A DNA stretch of 26,423 bases from Candidatus Eiseniibacteriota bacterium (GTDB taxonomy: Bacteria; Arandabacterota; Arandabacteria; Arandabacterales; Arandabacteraceae), in the NCBI GenBank assembly GCA_030592245.1, contig JAUVJV010000001.1:1-26423 (forward strand), read 5' to 3'. Below, piece by piece: positions 8,378 through 15,478 of the stretch (positions are counted from its first letter, which is position 1; the number at the start of each line of letters is the position of its first letter). A model generated the notes under the pieces. The model saw nothing but the letters and a program-made list of their open reading frames with translations. It was not told the origin of the DNA and searched no databases. A program made the translations under genes and the position numbers.

Positions 8378-9658
8378 TCATCGATTCTCTGCCGCCGTTC
8401 CCGCCCGGATGACCGGCAGTGAGATCAGCAGCCACAATATCAGCAGCGCCACCAGGGCGAGTTTCGCGCTCATCGCGCCGGCGGCGGCGGCCGCAAGGCC
8501 GGCCGCCACCACCACGGCGAGTTTCATCTGCATGTCCCTCAGGGCAAACACCGTGGCCTGTCTCCTCCGGGGCGCACTGTGCTGGATGGCCGTCTCGGTG
8601 GAGACAAAGACAGGCCCCGCCGCAAACCCCGCGACAAACATGGCAAGTCCCAGGAGATACAAGCTCTCGGTCAGGCCTATGGCCATGAGCGGGAGAATCG
8701 CGAGAGGGATCCAGATCACCGCGGTCCTCCCCAGGGGTTGTTTGTGAAGCACCTTACCGGTGAAGAAGCTCCCGGCCCCCATTCCCGCACCGGCCAGCCC
8801 GATCAGGAAGCCGATGTACATTGTACCCTCGGGAATACGACTTTCGATCAATGTAACCCCGAGCACGTAAGCTGTGGTTCCTGCCAGTACTACCACGGGT
8901 GGAACGAAGACACCCAGTCTCGCTATTCGTGAGTGGCGCACGATCCCGATGGCTTCCCTGATGGTCTCAAGATAGGACTGACGCTCCCCGGCCACGGGCC
9001 CCTCCTCAGTCAGTGAACCCGCTCCCCTGACCGCCCCTGCCTCAGGCTGCCTCAACCGTATGAAGGCCAGGGCAGCGGCAGAGAAGAAGTAGGTCGCCGA
9101 ATCGAGATAAAGGGCGGTTCGCCAGCCCGCTTTGGTGGCGATGATTCCGCCCACAACAAAACCGGCGATTGTCGCCGTCGTTGCGCCGAGAGAGAGGATG
9201 GAATTAGCTTTCAGGAGCCTGTCCCGTGAGACGATCTCGCTAACGATTGCACACCTTGCCGGCAGGAAGAACAGGTTGGCGAGGTAAAGCACCGCGACGA
9301 CCCCATAGACGGTCCAGAGCGGCAGCGAGGGTCTCATGAAGGGAATGGCGAGCACTGCCAGGCCCCTCACGATGTCGGTCAGAATGAGGACCCGCTTACG
9401 GCTTACCCGGTCCACGTAGGCACCTACGAAAGGTCCGAAGGCGAGAGCGGGAATGGTCATCGCCAGGGCGAGCTTCGACAATTCGAACGTGGAACCGGAG
9501 TTGGCGAACCTGCCGGTCTCGGTGGCGAGCAGCTCTATCATCGCGATATTGTTGAGCCGGTCACCTAGAATGGAAACGATCTGGCCCGCCAACAGGGCGG
9601 TGAAAGAGATCGTGAAAAGACTACGATAGTCCGGCGGTCTTGATCTTGGCAAAGTCAT
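8378..9658 (-). CDS. MFS transporter (MefA/DHA3-like)
   Basis: About 12 hydrophobic segments; GQIVSILGDRL N-terminal signature; motif-A-like GAYVDRVSRKRVL; overlaps the upstream GT gene by 38 nt. Confidence 0.88.
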   Translation of the reverse strand: MTLPRSRPPDYRSLFTISFTALLAGQIVSILGDRLNNIAMIELLATETGRFANSGSTFELSKLALAMTIPALAFGPFVGAYVDRVSRKRVLILTDIVRGLAVLAIPFMRPSLPLWTVYGVVAVLYLANLFFLPARCAIVSEIVSRDRLLKANSILSLGATTATIAGFVVGGIIATKAGWRTALYLDSATYFFSAAALAFIRLRQPEAGAVRGAGSLTEEGPVAGERQSYLETIREAIGIVRHSRIARLGVFVPPVVVLAGTTAYVLGVTLIESRIPEGTMYIGFLIGLAGAGMGAGSFFTGKVLHKQPLGRTAVIWIPLAILPLMAIGLTESLYLLGLAMFVAGFAAGPVFVSTETAIQHSAPRRRQATVFALRDMQMKLAVVVAAGLAAAAAGAMSAKLALVALLILWLLISLPVIRAGTAAENR

Positions 9659-10787
9659 GGTCTTCCCGGAGCGGCGGCCGCCCGTCGAGGCCGCGGTAAA
9701 TGTTCTCGACCCTGGCAGCCAGCCTTGTCCAATCGTACTTCATGGCCCTCCGCTGGCCGTTTCGGCCCATCCGGGACCGCTCGCCTTCATCTCCTGCAAG
9801 GCGCGACATCGCGCTGGCCAGCATGTCAGTTTGCCCGGGTGGTACGAGGATTCCGGTCTCGCCATCCTCAATGACATCCCGATATCCGGGGATGTCGGCT
9901 CCTATGACGGGCTTTCCCGCAGCCATGGCTTCCAGGAGTACGATCCCGAAGCTCTCGCTTCCTTGCGGCACGGAGCAGAAGATGTGTGAGGAAGCGAAGT
10001 AGGCCGGCAGCTGAGCCGGCTTCACGCAGCCTCCAAAGAGTATGTGTCCGCCGGCGGATGTGCGGGCTCTCATCCTGCACCCCGGTTTTGTGAAACCTTT
10101 TCCTACCAGCACCAGGCGACAGCGTTGATTTCGCCGGGAGAAGCGCTTGAAGGCCGAGATGGTGGCCGGGATGTTTTTTCGAAGGTCAAATCTGCCGACG
10201 AACAGGATGTTTATCTTGCCGTCATCCAGTTCCGGGATTCTGCCCGTATCTGACGCGAAACGCTCGAAGTCCACTCCGTTTGGGACCAGGCGATAGTCAC
10301 CGGGGAAGTACTTGTTCGCGAAAGTACGTGCGGTCTCGGACACCGCGATGCGTGCGTCGAGGCGGTTCGCGTATCTCCGAAGGAGCGCCCCGAAAACCTC
10401 GTATGCGGGTGATACCCGCGCAGCCATGTGGAAGGTCCCGATGGTGGGGCATCGTAGATCCCTGACCGCCATCAGCGTGGCCAGCGGAAGGGTCGGCTCC
10501 AGCGGGCAGTGAATATGGACCAGGTCGTAGTTGCCTTCAGAAATGGTCCGCCTGAGCTGCTTCCTCAGCCGGATGCCCACCGTGACATTCACCATGGCGC
10601 CGTTCATCGGGAAAACCGCGTTTCTCCCTATCCTGATCGTGTCGCGATCCTCAGAGGTGCCGGGTCCCGATGTTATCACCGTCACCTCGTGCCCCAGCCG
10701 CCTCAAGGCGCCTGAGAGGTAGTGGACATGCTCGGTCACCCCGCCCACGCGCGGATAGTATGACTGGGTGACCATTGCGATTTTCAC
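9621..10787 (-). CDS. Glycosyltransferase family 4, PimA-like
   Basis: Start reassigned to GTG at 10787 (GGGAGG SD; GTGA overlap with the upstream stop). N-terminus KIAMVTQSYYPRVGGV.EHV; FVGRFD.RK; EX7E motif ESFGIVLLEAMAAG. Confidence 0.88.
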   Translation of the reverse strand: MKIAMVTQSYYPRVGGVTEHVHYLSGALRRLGHEVTVITSGPGTSEDRDTIRIGRNAVFPMNGAMVNVTVGIRLRKQLRRTISEGNYDLVHIHCPLEPTLPLATLMAVRDLRCPTIGTFHMAARVSPAYEVFGALLRRYANRLDARIAVSETARTFANKYFPGDYRLVPNGVDFERFASDTGRIPELDDGKINILFVGRFDLRKNIPATISAFKRFSRRNQRCRLVLVGKGFTKPGCRMRARTSAGGHILFGGCVKPAQLPAYFASSHIFCSVPQGSESFGIVLLEAMAAGKPVIGADIPGYRDVIEDGETGILVPPGQTDMLASAMSRLAGDEGERSRMGRNGQRRAMKYDWTRLAARVENIYRGLDGRPPLREDHDFAKIKTAGLS

Positions 10788-11623
10788 TGCGCGTCCTCCC
10801 AGAAGGGGCGAAACATGCACCACTGGTCAGGATACCGCCTCACGTATCTCTCAACAACTGTTACGATCCGCTGGGTCGTGTCCCGCTCGCCCCCGGCTGC
10901 CGTTGAGACATCATCTTCTATCATTATAGTGATATGGCGCCTGGAAGTCCTAATGGCAAATGCCGGTAAGAGCACGGCACCTGTCTTCAGTGCCAGGGCC
11001 GCGGGACCTCGCGGCAGGGTGACATCTCCTCCGAAGTATTTCACGCTTACGCCTTCCGCGAACTGGTCGCCGTCGATGTGGAGCGCGACCACGCCACCAT
11101 GACGGAGGGTCCTCGCAATCCTGAGCGCGCCGGTATCCATCGAGACAACCGTGATTCCAAGCCGCTCCTTCATCTGCCTGATCAGGGGTGAAAGCGAAGG
11201 CGAGAACTGAACTCCGGCCACCGTGGTTATGTGGTAACCCATTGCGGCGAGGGCGGCGCCTGCCAGTTCCCAGCTGCCCAGGTGCGCCGTGGCAAGCACC
11301 ACGCCGCGTCCGGACTGAAGAGCTGAGTCGAGCCTGTCTTTGCCCTCGATACTGACCATCCGGGACAGATCGGCGGGCCTGAGGTAGGGAAGCATGAAGG
11401 TCTCCACGACGCCTCGCCCGAAGTTAAGCATGACTTTTCGCCCGGTGGCATCCAGATTGCGCACGACGGGCGTCCCGAGGACAACCGAGAGGTTCTGCCT
11501 CAAGACTCGCCTTCTCTTTCCCGAGAGCAGGAAATAGCCCATTCCGAGCGTCTCACCCAGTAGGTATGAGACCGGGTACGGTAGCACGCCGGCGAGGCCG
11601 GAGAGAAATGAATAGCGTGTCAA
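10784..11623 (-). CDS. Lysophospholipid acyltransferase family protein (PatA / LpxL-HtrB-like)
   Basis: AHLGSWE catalytic-type motif, LHIDGD, YFGG...LP.GPA.LA, and C-terminal YPDQW. Start reassigned to TTG at 11623 (GGAG SD, 7-nt spacing), giving 279 aa. The ORF track's extension to 11950 crosses two promoters and the divergent gene, so it is unlikely to be translated. Confidence 0.87.
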   Translation of the reverse strand: MTRYSFLSGLAGVLPYPVSYLLGETLGMGYFLLSGKRRRVLRQNLSVVLGTPVVRNLDATGRKVMLNFGRGVVETFMLPYLRPADLSRMVSIEGKDRLDSALQSGRGVVLATAHLGSWELAGAALAAMGYHITTVAGVQFSPSLSPLIRQMKERLGITVVSMDTGALRIARTLRHGGVVALHIDGDQFAEGVSVKYFGGDVTLPRGPAALALKTGAVLLPAFAIRTSRRHITIMIEDDVSTAAGGERDTTQRIVTVVERYVRRYPDQWCMFRPFWEDAQ

Positions 11624-11654
11624 TTGCACACTCCGTTGAAAGGACCGTACTTGC

Positions 11655-11683
11655 TGTATATACCAGATTCTTGTCTTTGTCAA
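11655..11683 (-). promoter_or_regulatory. Putative sigma70 promoter of the acyltransferase-GT-MFS operon
   Basis: Minus-strand TTGACA (11683-11678), then TATACA at 17 nt (or TGG-TATATA at 15 nt). Confidence 0.5.
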
Positions 11684-11713
11684 GATTGTCGGTCCTTTGA
11701 GGAGATTTGTGAC

Positions 11714-11743
11714 TTGACAGCAACATTTGCACAGGCTTAAGGT
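11714..11743 (+). promoter_or_regulatory. Putative sigma70 promoter of the hypothetical gene
   Basis: TTGACA (11714-11719) - 18 nt - TAAGGT (11738-11743), shortly upstream of a GGAGG SD. Confidence 0.5.
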
Positions 11744-11759
11744 GTGCACGGAGGCGAAC

Positions 11760-12173
11760 TTGGCGAAGGAAAAGATTGTCCGTTGCAGGGTCCAGAGGCG
11801 GGACACCGAGACCGGCTCGGGGTCGGTGCGATATATACCCCTCGGGATATACGATCTCTGGAAGAACTTGATGGTCGAAAAGCACGGCTTCGATGTCGAA
11901 GAGGACTGCACTTCACTCTGGTTCGACATCGACGGTGATCCCCATGTCAACTATGCCGACTCAAACTACCACAAGGTGGTACGGCTGTCGGTCTGGATCT
12001 ATTCCGAGTCCGACGGCATGTTCCGGAAGGTGACGCGATTCTTCCCGCTCGAAGGCTATGACGATATAAAGCCGCGCTTCCTGGCCCATTACAACGGGCA
12101 CTTCTCTGACAAGCGGTTTCCGGCGAGGATCGAGGAAACCCACGGGGTCTGGCTCAAGCACCTGGAAAGGTGA
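11760..12173 (+). CDS. Hypothetical protein (137 aa) with internal tandem duplication
   Basis: TTG start 5 nt after GGAGG; host-like GC-rich third codon positions; protein-like composition; two similar ~67-aa halves. No family recognised. Confidence 0.8.
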   Translation: MAKEKIVRCRVQRRDTETGSGSVRYIPLGIYDLWKNLMVEKHGFDVEEDCTSLWFDIDGDPHVNYADSNYHKVVRLSVWIYSESDGMFRKVTRFFPLEGYDDIKPRFLAHYNGHFSDKRFPARIEETHGVWLKHLER

Positions 12174-12325
12174 GATGAGCTGCAATTTGCGGATTCCGTT
12201 GCCCGGTGCAATGTGATTTGACCTTACACCAACCCTGAATCCAACCTTGCGATTTGCAAGCCTGATTATCCCCTTGAAACTCAACGCAGTAGGGGCTCCT
12301 TACCGCGCACGCATTTCGCTCCCGG

Positions 12326-12342
12326 CTGGCATGCTTGTTGCA
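12326..12342 (+). promoter_or_regulatory. Sigma54 (RpoN) -24/-12 promoter upstream of the MglA-like gene
   Basis: CTGGCATGCTTGTTGCA against consensus YTGGCACG-N4-TTGCW (one mismatch); GG(12328-29)-N10-GC(12340-41); intergenic, correctly oriented, 53 nt before the ATG. Confidence 0.78.
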
Positions 12343-12395
12343 CTCACCCAAGGGCAGAGGGTGTAAGGAACCTACAGATTGGGGAGGTTGGGTTC

Positions 12396-13427
12396 ATGGT
12401 CGTCTTCAACTATTCCGGACGCGAGATCAACGCAAAGATCGTGTACTACGGTCCGGGACTCAGCGGCAAGACTACCAACCTAGAGCATATCTACGGGACA
12501 ACCGCTCCGCATCTGCGGGGCAAGATGGTCTCGATGAAGACCAAGGTTGACCGGACGCTCTTCTTCGACTTCCTTCCGATCGAAGGCGGGGAGATCGCCG
12601 GCTTCAAGGTGAGATTCCTGCTTTACACCGTCCCGGGCCAGGTCTACTACAACGCCACCCGGAAACTGGTGCTCAAGGGCGCGGATGCCGTCGTGTTCGT
12701 GGCGGATTCCCAGGCCGAGGAACTCGCGGCCAACCGCGAGAGCTTCAAGAACCTCCAGGAGAACCTCAAAGAGCACGGTAAGGACATCGCAACGATCCCG
12801 ATGGTGGTGCAGTATAACAAGCGGGACCTCCAGTCGATTCTGCCAGTCGACAAACTCGAGAGCGAGCTCAACAAGCGGGGAGTTCCCAGCTTCGAGGGCA
12901 TCGCCACCGATGGAACCGGTGTTTTTGAGACGCTCGGGGCAGCCACCAGGATGGTAATGGCAGAACTCCGTGAACAGCTTATTCAAGACCAGAAAAGTAA
13001 CGAAGAGAATTTGGACGGGCAGGAGCTTTCATTCGGTTGCGTTCCTGAGCCGAGCGAGGCCCAGGGCGCAGTGGAGCAAGGTGCACAAGACTCCTCCACG
13101 ATCAAGGACAAGGTTTCGGATGTCCCCTCCCCGGGTGAAGAACCCTCTCCTGCTCCTGCTTCGACCGGTGACTCCTGTCCGTCCGTTGAACAGGCAACGG
13201 CAACTCAGACCGCTGAGGCGCCGCTTGTCTATGAACCATCACCGCGGGATCCAGAACCCGCCCCGGTAGACTGTGGGGGCGGGTCCCCGGTGACGGTTGA
13301 GGCCGGAGTGCCCGGCGGGAAGCAGCTGAGAATACCCGTCAGGCTTTCCCGGGACGGCAAGTCCGGCCATGTAATAGTTAACCTCGCTGTCGATGTCGAG
13401 ATCGTGGTCGATGGCGAGGACGAGTGA
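12396..13427 (+). CDS. mglA: MglA-family small GTPase with ~148-aa C-terminal extension
   Basis: REINAKIVYYGPGLSGKTT (G1), DRTLFFDFLP (G2), TVPGQ (G3), NKRD (G4), GIA..G (G5) closely match Myxococcus-type MglA; GGAGG SD; then a Pro/Glu/Ser-rich linker and a hydrophobic C-terminal segment. Confidence 0.9.
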   Translation: MVVFNYSGREINAKIVYYGPGLSGKTTNLEHIYGTTAPHLRGKMVSMKTKVDRTLFFDFLPIEGGEIAGFKVRFLLYTVPGQVYYNATRKLVLKGADAVVFVADSQAEELAANRESFKNLQENLKEHGKDIATIPMVVQYNKRDLQSILPVDKLESELNKRGVPSFEGIATDGTGVFETLGAATRMVMAELREQLIQDQKSNEENLDGQELSFGCVPEPSEAQGAVEQGAQDSSTIKDKVSDVPSPGEEPSPAPASTGDSCPSVEQATATQTAEAPLVYEPSPRDPEPAPVDCGGGSPVTVEAGVPGGKQLRIPVRLSRDGKSGHVIVNLAVDVEIVVDGEDE

Positions 13428-13429
13428 GT

Positions 13430-13458
13430 TTGACAGACTCCCTTCCCTGTGATAACTT
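13430..13458 (+). promoter_or_regulatory. Possible sigma70 promoter of the TPR-ubiA-uppP genes
   Basis: Perfect TTGACA (13430-13435) just after the mglA stop; the -10 at 17 nt (TAACTT) is weak. Confidence 0.35.
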
Positions 13459-13529
13459 CTCCTGAACGCACAGATTGTTGATGCGCGGATTAATGTCGCA
13501 CAATTTCTATTCGAATCTCAGGATGCGAT

Positions 13530-14600
13530 ATGCGAGACACAGACATCCGGGGCCTCAAGGCCAAGTTCAAGAAAAACCCGGAGGATACGGGTATTCTCCT
13601 GAACCTGGTGAGCGCGCTCAGGGCCGGCAGCAAGTACGATCAGGCCATCTCGTACATCGAGCGATACCTGGCAGGCCATCCCGATGAATTCCAGGTGCTG
13701 ATCGCTTACGGTGACGCGCTGGCGGATCTTAAGACCTACGATGAAGCCGTATCGATCTTCCTGAAGGCCGCCGGCATCAAGGAGTGCGCCGCACCCCACT
13801 ATAGCCTTGCCAAAGTGTATGCCCTGAGGGGCATGCATGATGAGGCGATCAAGGCGCACAACCGCGCGATCGAGATCGAGCCCGAGTGTGCCGAGGCCCA
13901 CTACAGGCTGGGAATGACCTATGCGCGGAGCGAGAAGCACGAGGACGCCCTTCTCGCGTTTCAGAAGTGTCTTAAGTACGATCAGTCCTGCGCCAAGGCC
14001 CACAGCGAAATGGCATTGATATACGACAAAAAGGACAAGAAGGATCTCGCGATCATCGAGCTCCGCAAAGCGGTCGAGAAGGACGCGAGCAACGCTCAGT
14101 GGCACTGCAACCTTGGCGCGATCTATGGTGACCAGGGCATGTTCGATGAGGCAATCGAGGAATTTCGGGTCGCCATCAAGCTGGGCGGTGACGGAGCCGA
14201 GGAGCATTACAACCTGGGCGTGGCCTTAAGCAACAAAGGAGACGTGGAGGAGGCGATCGACGAGTTTCTGGAGAGCCTCAAGATCGAGCCCAAGTCATCA
14301 AAGGCCTTGTTCCAGCTCGGTCATGCATATCTTCGCAAGGGTCTTCACTCCAAAGCGGTGCGCAGCTTCATCAAGTGCCTGGACCTGGACGTGGACAATG
14401 CCAGGGCCTATTTCTATCTTGGCCAGGCCTATCTAGGCAAGGGAGAGGTCGATCATGCCATCGCCTCCTTCGAGCGCGCGGTTGCGATTCAGCCTTCCGA
14501 CTGGCGAAGCTATTACTACTTGGGCGTGGCCTATGATCACAAGGGTGACATGCCCAAGGCAAAGGAAGCCTACAAGCGAGCAGAGAGTCTCCACAGGTGA
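13530..14600 (+). CDS. Tetratricopeptide-repeat protein (about 10 TPRs, no signal peptide seen)
   Basis: Consecutive ~34-aa units such as AHYRLGMTY...A...F.K.L..D and EHYNLGVAL...A...F...L.IEP span nearly the whole ORF. Confidence 0.9.
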   Translation: MRDTDIRGLKAKFKKNPEDTGILLNLVSALRAGSKYDQAISYIERYLAGHPDEFQVLIAYGDALADLKTYDEAVSIFLKAAGIKECAAPHYSLAKVYALRGMHDEAIKAHNRAIEIEPECAEAHYRLGMTYARSEKHEDALLAFQKCLKYDQSCAKAHSEMALIYDKKDKKDLAIIELRKAVEKDASNAQWHCNLGAIYGDQGMFDEAIEEFRVAIKLGGDGAEEHYNLGVALSNKGDVEEAIDEFLESLKIEPKSSKALFQLGHAYLRKGLHSKAVRSFIKCLDLDVDNARAYFYLGQAYLGKGEVDHAIASFERAVAIQPSDWRSYYYLGVAYDHKGDMPKAKEAYKRAESLHR

Positions 14601-15454
14601 ACGCTTTCCGGAAGCTCAGGGACATAGCCGTTCTCACACGACCGCATAATTGCCTCATCGCATTGATCTCCGTGCTGGCAGGGGCATTCCTCGTATCCGG
14701 AGAGATCGCTCCGGACGCGGTGCTGGCATCCGTGATGGCTTTCTTCGTCTGCGCCGGCGCTTATGCGCTCAATGATCTTTACGATGTGACGAGCGACGCG
14801 ATCAACAAGCCCGGCCGGCCCCTTGTGGACGGACGCCTGACCAGGGAGCGCGCGGGTGCTGTCGTGATCGTCCTGTGGGCTGTGGGGCTGGGTTTTGCAA
14901 TGCTGAGCGGGAGGGAGGTGGTGCTCTTCTGCACGGGCTGGATGGCTGCGCTGTGGCTTTACTCCTGGAAGCTGAAGGCCCTTGGGTTAGTCGGGCATGT
15001 CGCGGTGAGCGCCGTTGCCTCGTCAGGATTTCTCCTCGGAGCCATGACCGGAGGCAATGCTCACGCAGGGTTGATGCCTTTTTCGATTGCCATGCTCTTC
15101 CATCTTGCACGAGAGATAGCCAAGGGTGTGAGCGATGCCCGCGGAGACCGTGCCGCGGGTGTTCCGACACTTGCGGTCCGGTTGGGGGCAGATCGGTCGC
15201 TTAAGGTTGCCTTGTGGTGTATCGGTGGTGTGATCGTCTTGAGCCTCGTGCCATATGTGTTCCGGTTGTACGGTTATCTCTATTTACTACCGGTGGTACT
15301 TGTGGTATACCCGCTGCTTGTGATCTGCATATTGAAGATCATTCGCGCGGGGAATGACACAGCCGCCGTGGAGCGTGTCTCGGGGGCGGTAGCCACACTG
15401 CTCAAGGTCGCGATGCCCGCCGGTCTTGCGGCTTTCTTTCTTGCCGGGGTATAG
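14597..15454 (+). CDS. UbiA-family prenyltransferase, DGGGP-synthase-like
   Basis: LTRPHN N-terminus, NDLYDVTSDAINKPGRPL, REIAKGVSDARGDRAAGVPTL, multiple TM segments; GTGA overlap with the TPR gene. Confidence 0.87.
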   Translation: MNAFRKLRDIAVLTRPHNCLIALISVLAGAFLVSGEIAPDAVLASVMAFFVCAGAYALNDLYDVTSDAINKPGRPLVDGRLTRERAGAVVIVLWAVGLGFAMLSGREVVLFCTGWMAALWLYSWKLKALGLVGHVAVSAVASSGFLLGAMTGGNAHAGLMPFSIAMLFHLAREIAKGVSDARGDRAAGVPTLAVRLGADRSLKVALWCIGGVIVLSLVPYVFRLYGYLYLLPVVLVVYPLLVICILKIIRAGNDTAAVERVSGAVATLLKVAMPAGLAAFFLAGV

Positions 15455-15478
15455 GTTGCCGGAGCAATAGGAGAGACA

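Noticed and set aside
8338-8380. Small dyads CCCTGAT-A-ATCAGGG (8338-52) and TGACAC-N9-GTGTCA (8360-80) between the convergent groEL and MFS ends
   Set aside because: They may contribute to termination, but the stems are short and lack a U-tract, so a terminator or operator cannot be called.
11624-11950. 109-codon N-terminal extension of the acyltransferase ORF
   Set aside because: It overlaps two promoters and the divergent gene, and a TTG start with a good SD at 11623 gives a normal-length protein.
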